Source of the DNA: Candidatus Yanofskybacteria bacterium
GTDB lineage: Bacteria > Patescibacteriota > Minisyncoccia > 2-02-FULL-40-12 > IGHO2-12-FULL-4
Assembly: GCA_016185525.1 (NCBI GenBank)
Contig: JACPNK010000004.1
Span: 17,712-73,978, forward strand
Length of the DNA: 56,267 nt
Reading direction: 5' to 3'
Shown here one piece after another: positions 18,513 through 27,610 of this stretch. How positions within the stretch are numbered: the first letter of the stretch is position 1; each line of letters begins with the position of its first letter. The notes under the pieces are model-generated. The model saw nothing but the letters and a program-made list of their open reading frames with translations, made no database searches and was not told the DNA's origin. The position numbers and the translations under genes were made by a program.

Positions 18513-18555
18513 TGAGTTCTCCTTTTGAAAAACAACTAAACGTCTTTTACCACAT

Positions 18556-18584
18556 TTGAAACCAAAACTCAATTTTGATATGAT
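18556..18584 (+). promoter_or_regulatory. Sigma70 promoter upstream of the structured leader and thrS
   Basis: TTGAAA-17 nt-TATGAT. Confidence 0.7.
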
Positions 18585-18596
18585 TTCTCATATTAA

Positions 18597-18780
18597 GAAG
18601 TGTAGCAGATACAGCCTTTGAGGTCACTGTGAGCTCGCGGTTGGCTCGGTTGGAAGGAGTATAATGTTTCTTTAACTCCTTCCACAACCCGAGCGAACAG
18701 TGAGTGAGTCTGCCGCCTGCCTGCCGGCAGGCAGGCTGGAATCAGCGAAAGTACCGAAAAGGCTGTATCTGCGAAGCTTC
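18597..18780 (+). ncRNA. Long rod-like structured element upstream of thrS (ncRNA/leader or MITE-like)
   Basis: Outer stem GCAGATACAGCCTTT/AAAGGCTGTATCTGC and inner stem TGGAAGGAGT/ACTCCTTCCA. Shares motifs with 28574-28740. Confidence 0.6.
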
Positions 18781-18785
18781 AGATT

Positions 18786-20591
18786 ATGGACGATAAAATA
18801 AACAAAATTCGCCACTCTTTAGCTCATGTCATGGCCGCCGCGGTGCAGGAAATTTATCCTGATGTAAAATTTGGCATTGGCCCTGTCATTGAAAACGGCT
18901 TTTTTTATGATTTTGATTTTCCCTCTCAAGAAGGCAACAAGACACAGTTAGCCGCCGACATTCTGCCGGAAGCAGAAAAAAGGATGAGAAGTATTATCAA
19001 AAATAACCTGCCGATTGAGCAAGTATTTTTAGATATTGATAAAGCTGAAAAAGACGCAAAGATTCAAGGACAGATTTACAAAGCCGAATTGCTTGAAGAA
19101 ATCAGAAAAGGCGAACGCCCAAGTGCAGAATCTGATACCGAAAAAACAAAAGATGGAAAAATTAGTTTTTATAAAATCGGCAACTTCATAGATCTCTGCA
19201 AAGGCCCTCACGTCAAAAACACCAAAGATCTGCCCGCTGACGGCTTCAAACTGACTCGCCTTGCCGGCGCTTATTGGAAAGGAGACTCCTCAAAACCGCA
19301 AATGCAAAGAATTTACGGAGTCGCTTTTAGCTCTAAAAAAGAACTGGAAAGTTATCTGGAACTTCAAAAAGAAGTAGAAAAAAGAGACCACAGAAAGTTG
19401 GGCGCGGAACTGGATTTGTTTGTTTTTTCGGATCTAGTCGGTAGCGGCCTGCCACTCTGGACCCCCAAAGGTACTTTACTAAGAGACGCTCTAGATAATT
19501 TTGTCTGGGAACTTCGCAAAAAACACGGCTATGAAAGAGTTGACATACCCCACATCACCAAAAAAGACCTCTACGAAAAAAGCGGGCATTGGGAAAAATT
19601 CAAAGATGAGCTGTTTAAGATTACTACCAGAGAAGGTCATCTTTTTACAATGAAGCCCATGAACTGCCCGCATCATGCTCAAATTTATGCCCGTAAAACA
19701 TTCAGCTACCGCGAACTGCCCCAACGCTACGCCTCAACCACTAAAGTTTACCGAGACGAACAAACCGGGGAGCTGGCCGGCCTTTCCAGAGTCAGAGCCA
19801 TAACACAAGATGACGCTCACGTTTTCTGCCGCTATCCTCAAGTTAAAGAAGAGATTCTGAAAATTTGGGAGATTGTAAAAGAATTTTATGAAGCCGCCAG
19901 TTTTAAGTTAGAAATTCGGCTGTCTTTGCATGACCCCAAACATATGGAAAAATATTTAGGCAATGAACAAACTTGGGAAAAAGCCGAAAACCAACTTAGA
20001 GAAATTACAAAAGAAAAAAAAGCCAAAGCCGTTGAGTCTGTTGGCGAAGCGGCTTTTTATGGGCCCAAAATTGATTTTATGGCGAAAGATTCAATCGGCC
20101 GAGAGTGGCAAGTCGCCACAATCCAGCTTGACATGAACCTACCGGAGCGTTTTGACTTAACTTGTGTCAACGAAAAAGGAGAAAAAGAAAGAATCGTTAT
20201 GATCCACGCCGCCATAATGGGTTCCATAGAAAGATATCTATCAATTTTAATTGAACATTATGCCGGCGCTTTCCCCGTTTGGCTTGCCCCAGTCCAAGCA
20301 ATTGTTGTACCGATTTCTGACAAATCAACTTCCTACGGACAAAGCGTCTACGAAAGACTGGTTAAAGAGAACCTAAGAGTAGAAATTGACTCTCGAAGCG
20401 AATCTGTCGGCAAAAAAATAAGAGAGGCTGAAATGCAAAAAATTCCATACATTTTGATTGTGGGCGAAAAAGAGCAAAAAGCCAAGTCGGTTGCCGTAAG
20501 ACAAAGAGGGAAAGGAGACACCGGCTTAGTGAAAATAGAAAAATTCGTAGAAAAAATAGCCAAAGAGATAAAAGAAAAAAAGAGCTCCTAA
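18786..20591 (+). CDS. thrS: Threonine--tRNA ligase
   Basis: RHSLAH, DLCKGPH, RDHRKLG, KPMNCPHH, FYGPKID. Confidence 0.99.
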   Translation: MDDKINKIRHSLAHVMAAAVQEIYPDVKFGIGPVIENGFFYDFDFPSQEGNKTQLAADILPEAEKRMRSIIKNNLPIEQVFLDIDKAEKDAKIQGQIYKAELLEEIRKGERPSAESDTEKTKDGKISFYKIGNFIDLCKGPHVKNTKDLPADGFKLTRLAGAYWKGDSSKPQMQRIYGVAFSSKKELESYLELQKEVEKRDHRKLGAELDLFVFSDLVGSGLPLWTPKGTLLRDALDNFVWELRKKHGYERVDIPHITKKDLYEKSGHWEKFKDELFKITTREGHLFTMKPMNCPHHAQIYARKTFSYRELPQRYASTTKVYRDEQTGELAGLSRVRAITQDDAHVFCRYPQVKEEILKIWEIVKEFYEAASFKLEIRLSLHDPKHMEKYLGNEQTWEKAENQLREITKEKKAKAVESVGEAAFYGPKIDFMAKDSIGREWQVATIQLDMNLPERFDLTCVNEKGEKERIVMIHAAIMGSIERYLSILIEHYAGAFPVWLAPVQAIVVPISDKSTSYGQSVYERLVKENLRVEIDSRSESVGKKIREAEMQKIPYILIVGEKEQKAKSVAVRQRGKGDTGLVKIEKFVEKIAKEIKEKKSS

Positions 20592-20621
20592 AAAGCCCTC
20601 TCTCGCTTGGCTACTATTTTG

Positions 20622-21164
20622 TCAGTAACCAAGCAAAGAAAATATTTTGTTCCACCCCCAAACAATTACTGCCACATGAAGTATGTCGCTGAAGATAAGA
20701 GTATAAATACCTCCTCTCCAACCGATAGAATCGCAAAAAATAAGACAGAGAGTTCTCAATGCCGGCAGAGGTTCCGCTCCTAAACCAAAAACTGCCAAAT
20801 GGCCGTATCTTTTAACCCATTTGATAAGTCTGTTATTCGGGTCGGTTGCTTTTGAAAAACTTTTTGCAAATTTTACAATAAGATTCCACTGGCCGGAAAT
20901 TTTTAAGACTTGATGGGTTTTTTTGCCTAATTTAATCGCCTCTTGCATTTTAGCATTTTCTTCAATAATTTCCGGTATGGCTTTCCGCCTGAACCAATGC
21001 CAGAAAGCCCACCAGCCCAACATTCCAACCAAAGCCGTCGGTAAAAGTACAAAAAATATTTTCCACGGCCCCACGCCTAACCATCTCAACACCGGACACC
21101 AAACATCAACATTTAAAGCCGCTAAAACCAAGGCTCCCTTAAATTGCCAGTGTCGTTTAAACAA
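20622..21164 (-). CDS. Hypothetical membrane protein
   Basis: Several hydrophobic segments; start codon uncertain. Confidence 0.65.
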   Translation of the reverse strand: MFKRHWQFKGALVLAALNVDVWCPVLRWLGVGPWKIFFVLLPTALVGMLGWWAFWHWFRRKAIPEIIEENAKMQEAIKLGKKTHQVLKISGQWNLIVKFAKSFSKATDPNNRLIKWVKRYGHLAVFGLGAEPLPALRTLCLIFCDSIGWRGGIYTLIFSDILHVAVIVWGWNKIFSLLGY

Positions 21165-21251
21165 AAACTTTACGGGAACAAGCGTTCGGTGTCATATTTC
21201 CCGCCTCCTCGCTTTTCAAATTGCTGTGTTTGTTTTAGATTATGAAAAAAT

Positions 21252-22166
21252 ATGCAAAAAAGCAATCCGCCGGCTGGCGAACCCAAACTTGTGGTTATTC
21301 TCGGACCAACTGCTTCCGGTAAGACATCTTTGTCTTTAAAATTGGCTAAAAAATTTAACGGCGAAATCGTATCAGCCGACTCAAGAGCGATTTATAAAGG
21401 GTTAAACATCGGTTCAGCCAAACCGACCAAAAAAGAAATGGCTGGTATTCCCCACCACTTGATTGATGTTGTGCCGCCTAACAAAACCCTAACTCTTGCC
21501 CAATACAAAAAACTTGCCCTCGCCCAAATTCGTTACATCGCAAGTCACGAGAGGGTGCCTTTTTTGGTTGGCGGGACAGCTTTGTATATTTATTCCGTCA
21601 TAGATAACTGGCTGATTCCTGAAGTTTCACCAAACAAAAAACTTCGCGCCAAATTAGAAAAACTGTCCGCCGAAAAATTGTATGAAAAGTTAGTCAAAAA
21701 AGACCCGGAAGCCAAAAAATTTGTTGACCCCAAAAACAAGCGGCGCATAGTCCGCGCTTTGGAAGTCATTGCCGCCACCGGCAAGCCTTTTTCCCAACAA
21801 AGAGAAAAAGGGCCAAAGCTTTTTGACGTCCTTATTTTGGGAATTAAAAAGTCTCCTAAAGAAACTAAAAAAATAATCGTCAAACGCACCAGACAAATGT
21901 TAAAAGCCGGACTGGTTGCAGAAGTTAAAAATTTGCTAAAAAAGGGTTACTCTCCCAAATCTCCCGCTCTTTCTGGCATCCACTATAAAGAAATTATTGA
22001 ATACCTAAATAAAAAAATATCCCTGCCTGAAGCCGTCTCTCTAATAAACAAAAACGATGAACAACTTGTTCGTCGCCAAATGCAATGGTTTAAAAAAGAC
22101 TCAAGAATCAGGTGGATAAAAAGTCAAAAAGAAGCAGAAAAATTAGTTAAAACTTTTCTCAAGTAG
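21252..22166 (+). CDS. miaA: tRNA dimethylallyltransferase
   Basis: GPTASGKT, SADSRAIY, IPHHLIDV, VGGTALY, RRQMQWF. Confidence 0.98.
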   Translation: MQKSNPPAGEPKLVVILGPTASGKTSLSLKLAKKFNGEIVSADSRAIYKGLNIGSAKPTKKEMAGIPHHLIDVVPPNKTLTLAQYKKLALAQIRYIASHERVPFLVGGTALYIYSVIDNWLIPEVSPNKKLRAKLEKLSAEKLYEKLVKKDPEAKKFVDPKNKRRIVRALEVIAATGKPFSQQREKGPKLFDVLILGIKKSPKETKKIIVKRTRQMLKAGLVAEVKNLLKKGYSPKSPALSGIHYKEIIEYLNKKISLPEAVSLINKNDEQLVRRQMQWFKKDSRIRWIKSQKEAEKLVKTFLK

Positions 22167-22333
22167 TTCCTGCACTATCTGCGTAATACGTGCCTGGAAT
22201 TCGGCCGCCGAAGTCCTTGAACTCCGACAGATTCGCCTAGTATCCATAAACAATTTACAAGAAATTATTATAAAAGAAAAGTCCGCACGGTAAACCGTGC
22301 GGACAAAAAACCAAGATTCTGAGAATCCTAGTC

Positions 22334-22939
22334 TCAAAAACACTTGCGAAAGAAGACCTGGAAGTCACCGCACCACCGGCGCGGATGGCCGAGTGGATCG
22401 GCATTGAAGCTCCAACCAAAGCCGCTCCGTAACACAAGCACCAGCCAGAGGTTGCCATTCACGCCATAGGACAGAAAAAAATTGCCCCAACCGTTAATGA
22501 GCAGACCGGAGTGGCCGCCGGCTTCGTGTATACGGACCAGCTGATAAATCTGGCCCGTCTTAACGACTCGCCTTTCTCTCGGAATCGCTCCTGCGATCTC
22601 AAGAGCGTCGGCCTGTCGCTGAAGACGGCTAACTGTGAGCTCGGCTTCCGGGATATTCTCCTCGACGATACCTCCGAACTGCTCCTGGAAGTTTTTGCCG
22701 AGAAAAGCTACCCTTATGCCGTCTCGGTTGGTTCCGGTACGACCGAGGACTTCAGAAGCGACAAAACGTTTGATAGCCGGGACTCGCACTGTGATAACAT
22801 GTGCGAGTAGGGTCGAAACAACCCCCTTCAGCCACAGCTTGAACTCGTCAAACCGAGCTCGACCATTCTCGCCAGAGCACTGGTCATAGAGTTCTCCGAG
22901 CGGTCCCTTCATTTCTGCAATAGAGACTTCATTTTTCAT
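22334..22939 (-). CDS. Hypothetical protein, GC-richer than its neighbours; C-terminus resembles a variable-region-type tail
   Basis: 201-aa ORF with SD AAGGAG. Ends W..G.FQVFFR. Downstream hairpin at 22281-22304. Confidence 0.75.
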   Translation of the reverse strand: MKNEVSIAEMKGPLGELYDQCSGENGRARFDEFKLWLKGVVSTLLAHVITVRVPAIKRFVASEVLGRTGTNRDGIRVAFLGKNFQEQFGGIVEENIPEAELTVSRLQRQADALEIAGAIPRERRVVKTGQIYQLVRIHEAGGHSGLLINGWGNFFLSYGVNGNLWLVLVLRSGFGWSFNADPLGHPRRWCGDFQVFFRKCF

Positions 22940-23077
22940 AACAATCTCCTTTCAAGATTGGCTAGCGGACCACCGGTATGGCAGTCATAGCTATAAATCC
23001 CCAATTTAAATTAGAAACTTATAGCTATGACTGCTTACAGTAAAGATTAAAGAACAGTAGACATGGTTTTAATTATA

Positions 23078-24655
23078 TCATAAACCAAATAATTCTGTCA
23101 ATATTTCCTGGACCACTTGCGGGTTTGCCTTGCCTTTTGTTGCCGCCATAACTTGGCCGACCAAAAATTTTAGAGATTCTGTTTTTCCTTTTTTGTAATC
23201 CTCAACGGCTTTGGGATTTTTAGCAACGACTTCCTCCACAGCTTTTTGCAATTCACCGGTATCAGAAACCTGGCCCAGATTTTTTTCTTTCATAATCGCT
23301 TCGGGATGCAGACCAGTCTCGGCCATTTCTTTCAAAACAGCTTTAGCTCCCGTAGAAGAAAGTTTCTCGTGAAAAATCAAAACCATAAGCTCGGCAAAAG
23401 CTTCAGGTGAAATTTTGAATCCTTCCAGTTCGTCAACTTCCAAACCCTTAGCGCTCATTAGCGACGGAAATTCTGTGATAATATAGTTAGCGGAAAGAGT
23501 ATGCAGTTTTGCTGGTAAATGGGCTTCTGTTTTTTCGTTTTGGTTTTGATGAATAACTTTTGCCGCTACATCAAGTTCTGTGGCAACTCTCTCGTAATAA
23601 TCCCCCAAATGCTTAGCAATGGTAAAAATTTCAATTTGAGAGTCATTTAGACCGTACTGTTTTTTAAATCTAATCTTCCTTCCTTCCGGCAATTCCGGCA
23701 TCAAATATTTAATATCTTCCAAATACTTCTCGTCAAAATTTAGTACCGGCAAATCCGGCTCTGGAAAATAGCGATAATCATGCGCCTCTTCTTTGCTTCT
23801 CTGACTGAAAGTTTTTTGTCCAGCTTCATCCCAACCCCGAGTTTCTTGTTTAACTTCTTTTCCCTCTTCCAGCAATTCTGTTTGTCTTTTAATTTCATAT
23901 TCCACAGATTGAGCCGCCGCTCTAATGGAGTTTAAGTTTTTAATCTCAACCTTCGTTCCCAACTTTATAACTTGGGACTTAGAACTTAGAACTTCCGGTC
24001 GAAGTGATATGTTCACTTCGATCCGGTATTGTCCTTTTTCCATGTTGGCATCCGAAACACCAAGATAACGCAAAATCAAACGCAATTTCTCGGCAAATTC
24101 TTTAACCTCTTCCGCGCTGTTTAAATCCGGCTCCGTCACAAGCTCCATCAACGGCACCCCTGCCCTGTTAAAGTCCACCAAGCTATGATCGCCTTTGCTG
24201 TCATGCTGAAGCCGCCCAGCATCTTCCTCTAAGTGAATCCGTGTGATTCGAATGCGCTTAAAGTCTAAGGTCGAAAGACTAATGCTCTGATTATTCTGGC
24301 CTTGGTCGTTAGTCTTTAGACTTTTGTCACTGATCTCCAACCAGCCGTTTGCGCAAAGCGGTCTTTTATATTGGGAAATTTGATAGCCTTTGGGCAAATC
24401 GGGGTAAAAGTAATTTTTTCGGTCAAAATTAGTCTGCTTAGCAATCTCACAATTCAAAGCAAAACCGACTAAAATGGTTTTCTTTATCGCCTCTTCATTT
24501 ATAACCGGGAGAACCCCCGGAAAACCCATACAAATAGGGCAAATGTTTGTATTCGGGTGTTTCTCGTCCGGATCGTTCAACGAATCGCAGAACATTTTTG
24601 TCCTGGTTTTCAGCTCTGCATGAATCTCCAGCCCGATTGTGGGTTTATAGTTCAT
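23078..24655 (-). CDS. gatB: Asp/Glu-tRNA amidotransferase subunit B
   Basis: IGLEIHAEL, RKNYFYPDLPKGYQISQ, HLEEDAG, DYRYFPEPDLP. Confidence 0.99.
   Translation of the reverse strand: MNYKPTIGLEIHAELKTRTKMFCDSLNDPDEKHPNTNICPICMGFPGVLPVINEEAIKKTILVGFALNCEIAKQTNFDRKNYFYPDLPKGYQISQYKRPLCANGWLEISDKSLKTNDQGQNNQSISLSTLDFKRIRITRIHLEEDAGRLQHDSKGDHSLVDFNRAGVPLMELVTEPDLNSAEEVKEFAEKLRLILRYLGVSDANMEKGQYRIEVNISLRPEVLSSKSQVIKLGTKVEIKNLNSIRAAAQSVEYEIKRQTELLEEGKEVKQETRGWDEAGQKTFSQRSKEEAHDYRYFPEPDLPVLNFDEKYLEDIKYLMPELPEGRKIRFKKQYGLNDSQIEIFTIAKHLGDYYERVATELDVAAKVIHQNQNEKTEAHLPAKLHTLSANYIITEFPSLMSAKGLEVDELEGFKISPEAFAELMVLIFHEKLSSTGAKAVLKEMAETGLHPEAIMKEKNLGQVSDTGELQKAVEEVVAKNPKAVEDYKKGKTESLKFLVGQVMAATKGKANPQVVQEILTELFGL
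24256..24328. repeat. Heptamer hairpin element inserted in frame in gatB
   Basis: The two arms match the four-helix-bundle gene flanks at about 24/30 and 25/30 nt, with a 13-nt loop. Confidence 0.85.
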
Positions 24656-24678
24656 GTTGGTTATCTTATCACCATTTT

Positions 24679-25194
24679 TTATAACAAAAAAGAGCCCACA
24701 AGGACTCTTTTTTTTAGAGTCAAGAACGTATAAGGGACTGGATTTTCATCGTCTGGATCATGTACTTCTTTTTCGACCTCCAGCCAATCATCTACATCAA
24801 ATTCCGGGAAAAACGCATCCCCTTCAAATTGAGCATCAACTAGCGTCAGATACATTTTGACTGTGGCAGAAAGAAATTGCCGGTATATTGTCGAACCCCC
24901 GATAACCATAACTTCTTCTGTATTTTCTTGAGCTGCATAATAAAGCGCTTCTCTAACAGAATGTGCAACAACGATATTTTTTAAGTGGCACTCTAAGCCC
25001 CTCGTTATAACAATGTTTAGACGTCCGGGAAGTATTTTTCCAATAGACTGGTGTGTCGTACGGCCCATAATGATGGGCTTTCCCATTGTGCATTCCTTGA
25101 AATGCTTAAGATCTGCCGGAAGAAGCCACGGTATACGACCCTTGTTTCCGATAACTCGATTATTATCAAACGCCGCAATTATTGAGATGGTCAT
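24679..25194 (-). CDS. folA: Dihydrofolate reductase
   Basis: VIGNKGRIPW.LPADLKHFK, IMGRTT, LPGRLNIV, IGGSTIY, GDAFFP. Confidence 0.97.
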   Translation of the reverse strand: MTISIIAAFDNNRVIGNKGRIPWLLPADLKHFKECTMGKPIIMGRTTHQSIGKILPGRLNIVITRGLECHLKNIVVAHSVREALYYAAQENTEEVMVIGGSTIYRQFLSATVKMYLTLVDAQFEGDAFFPEFDVDDWLEVEKEVHDPDDENPVPYTFLTLKKRVLVGSFLL

Positions 25195-25197
25195 AAT

Positions 25198-26031
25198 CTA
25201 AACAGCCATCTCAGCCTTAATCGAAGGATGGTATTCATAGCCAACAAGCTCAATATCATTCATTGTAAATTTATTAATATCCTTTACTTCGGAATTTAGC
25301 CAAAGCCTAGGAAGCGGAAGAGGTTCCCGAGAAAGTTGTTCGCGTACTTGGTCTAGGTGATTATGATAAATGTGGGTATCAGCAAGCACAATAATCAGCT
25401 CATGTGGCTCCAAGCTAGTAACTTGAGCCACCATGTGTAAAAGAAGCGCATATGAAGCAATATTAAACGGCACTCCGAGAAACATATCACAACTACGCTG
25501 ATACATCGCAAGTGAGAGTTCCTGTTGAGGTGAAACAAAAAATTGATAGAACATATGACACGGGGGAAGAGCCATATTATCAAGTTCGCCAGGATTCCAG
25601 GCAGTAACCACAAGTCGGCGATTGTAAGGATCATTTTTAATACGCTCAATAACTTGACCAAACTGGTCTATCTCTCTACCATCGGGCGCGCGCCACGAAC
25701 GCCACTGTACGCCATATATTCGGCCAAGATCGCCATTGAATCGAGCTTTCGGTTTCCAATATTCCGATTGAGCATTTAGCGTCCAAATAGTTCGGTCATT
25801 TCCCACAAGTTCTCTCAAACGATTATCATCCGAACTGCCTTCAAGAAACCACAGTAGCTCGGCTTTTACCGACTTAAATGCCAGTTTTTTTGTTGTGATA
25901 GCAGGAAATCCATTTCTAAGATCAAACCTCATCGGTTTCAAAAATAGAGCTCGGGTATTTACCCCTGTCCGATTTGGCTTATCGACACCACGCTCAATAA
26001 CCTCTTTAAGAACATCGAGATACTGTCTCAT
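25198..26031 (-). CDS. thyA: Thymidylate synthase
   Basis: ELLWFL, IYGVQWR, MALPPCH, YQRSCDMFLGVPFNIASY. Confidence 0.99.
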   Translation of the reverse strand: MRQYLDVLKEVIERGVDKPNRTGVNTRALFLKPMRFDLRNGFPAITTKKLAFKSVKAELLWFLEGSSDDNRLRELVGNDRTIWTLNAQSEYWKPKARFNGDLGRIYGVQWRSWRAPDGREIDQFGQVIERIKNDPYNRRLVVTAWNPGELDNMALPPCHMFYQFFVSPQQELSLAMYQRSCDMFLGVPFNIASYALLLHMVAQVTSLEPHELIIVLADTHIYHNHLDQVREQLSREPLPLPRLWLNSEVKDINKFTMNDIELVGYEYHPSIKAEMAV

Positions 26032-26106
26032 GTTTTTTCCTTTTTTAAAGAACGGTTTTAGAATCTTATCAAAAATAAAAATAAAAAAAAGAGGCCAGCG
26101 GCCTCG

Positions 26107-26844
26107 TTACTTTGCAAATAATTTCTTAACTTCCTGCCAAGCCAGCTCATGAACTTCTGGAATTGTCAGAAGCCTCTGCTCTTCTTTGCTAAAGACATTG
26201 ATTATTTTCCAATAGTCGGGAAATAATTTAGCCGCATACATATACGCCCACCACGATTTCTCTAACATTTCTTTATTAGACTCATGGGCATCCTTTTCCT
26301 TCTCTTCTTTTTTAAGCTGTTCTTCCTTAAGCTCCCAAGCAATCTTCGGCGGTACGTTAAAAAGCAAAACTAGATCGGGCTTTGGTATCTCTAAAAGCTC
26401 ATACTCTGTTTCAAGAAGCCACTTAATAAATTTCTCCTGTTTAACGGTGTCTTTTGCCTTAGCTCCCTGATGACCTATATTGGATTCCATATAACGATTA
26501 GAAACCACCACAAAGCCATCTTTCAAAAGATTAGACAGGCTGAATATGTTATCTTGAGAGAAAGCGGCATCAAATCTGTCTAACGCATAAGCCAAAGAGG
26601 CAAAAAACTTATTGACCTTGTCTGCCGGACCATAACCAGGACGCTCAAAACCGCCATCTTTTTTGCCCAAATATTTTTCAACAAACCAAGCTGCAGGATG
26701 TCCATATCTAGGAAAATCAGTTGTAAACACTTTTGTGACACCATCCGCCCTTAGCCTTTTTTGTAAAAGTCCAAATTGCTCTGTCTTTCCGCTACCGTCT
26801 ATTCCCTCACAAACAATTAACTTGCCGGGATATTTCGCTGACAT
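26107..26844 (-). CDS. tmk: Thymidylate kinase
   Basis: EGIDGSGKT, FPRY, YALDRF, NRYMESNIGHQG, PDLVL. Confidence 0.92.
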   Translation of the reverse strand: MSAKYPGKLIVCEGIDGSGKTEQFGLLQKRLRADGVTKVFTTDFPRYGHPAAWFVEKYLGKKDGGFERPGYGPADKVNKFFASLAYALDRFDAAFSQDNIFSLSNLLKDGFVVVSNRYMESNIGHQGAKAKDTVKQEKFIKWLLETEYELLEIPKPDLVLLFNVPPKIAWELKEEQLKKEEKEKDAHESNKEMLEKSWWAYMYAAKLFPDYWKIINVFSKEEQRLLTIPEVHELAWQEVKKLFAK

Positions 26845-26920
26845 ATTTGCTCCTTAAAAAATAGAGAAAGCAACAAGCTTTCTCTATTATAGTCGCAAAA
26901 TATTTTAGCGCAAGCGCGGA

Positions 26921-27148
26921 CTAGCTTTTAATATTTAAGGATTGTTCTATGCGAGACATTCTGCGATTAAGGTTCTTGACTTCACTTCTAACATCCAAAT
27001 CTTTTTTAATTTCTTCAAAGCCATTGGCAGTCATTATTGCTAATTTTCCGACTTCTTCAGTAACTAAACTTTTGACGTCTTCAATATCATCTTTCGTTGC
27101 CAATTTATTTAGTTGTTTATCTAGATATTCCTTAGTAAGTTCTGACAT
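26921..27148 (-). CDS. Small coiled-coil hypothetical protein
   Basis: 75-aa ORF, LATKDDI...LAIMTANGF. Confidence 0.65.
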   Translation of the reverse strand: MSELTKEYLDKQLNKLATKDDIEDVKSLVTEEVGKLAIMTANGFEEIKKDLDVRSEVKNLNRRMSRIEQSLNIKS

Positions 27149-27189
27149 AACAATTCAATTATATAACTCCTAACAATCTTGGCAAACCA

Positions 27190-27609
27190 CTATTTCACCT
27201 CTACCCCCATATTTCTTGCTGTGCCCTCAATGATTCTCATGGCTCCCTCAACGTCATTGGCATTTAAATCTTCCATTTTCAGTTGAGCTATCTCTCTGAC
27301 TTGACCCTTCGTAACACTGCCGACCTTTTTTTTGTTCGGCTCACCGGAGCCTTTTTCAACTTTAGCCGCCTTGAGCAAAAGACTGGCCGCCGGAGGGGTC
27401 TTTAATTTAAAGTCAAAAGTCCTGTCTTCATAAACGGTAATTTCAGCCGGAATAACCTGCCCCATCTTGTCCCGAGTCGCCTCGTTAAACTTGAGAACAA
27501 ATTCCTGGATATTTAATCCGTGCTGTCCTAAAGCCGGCCCAACCGGAGGCGCCGGTGTTGCCTTACCGGCATCAATCTGAAGTTTTAATACAGTTTTAAT
27601 TTTCTTCAT
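27190..27609 (-). CDS. rplK: 50S ribosomal protein L11
   Basis: [34 protein letters not shown]. Confidence 0.99.
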   Translation of the reverse strand: MKKIKTVLKLQIDAGKATPAPPVGPALGQHGLNIQEFVLKFNEATRDKMGQVIPAEITVYEDRTFDFKLKTPPAASLLLKAAKVEKGSGEPNKKKVGSVTKGQVREIAQLKMEDLNANDVEGAMRIIEGTARNMGVEVK

Positions 27610-27610
27610 A

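Noticed and set aside
18597-18780. T-box riboswitch upstream of thrS
   Set aside because: No T-box consensus (GGTGGNACCGCG) or terminator/antiterminator seen; kept only as an unclassified structured element.
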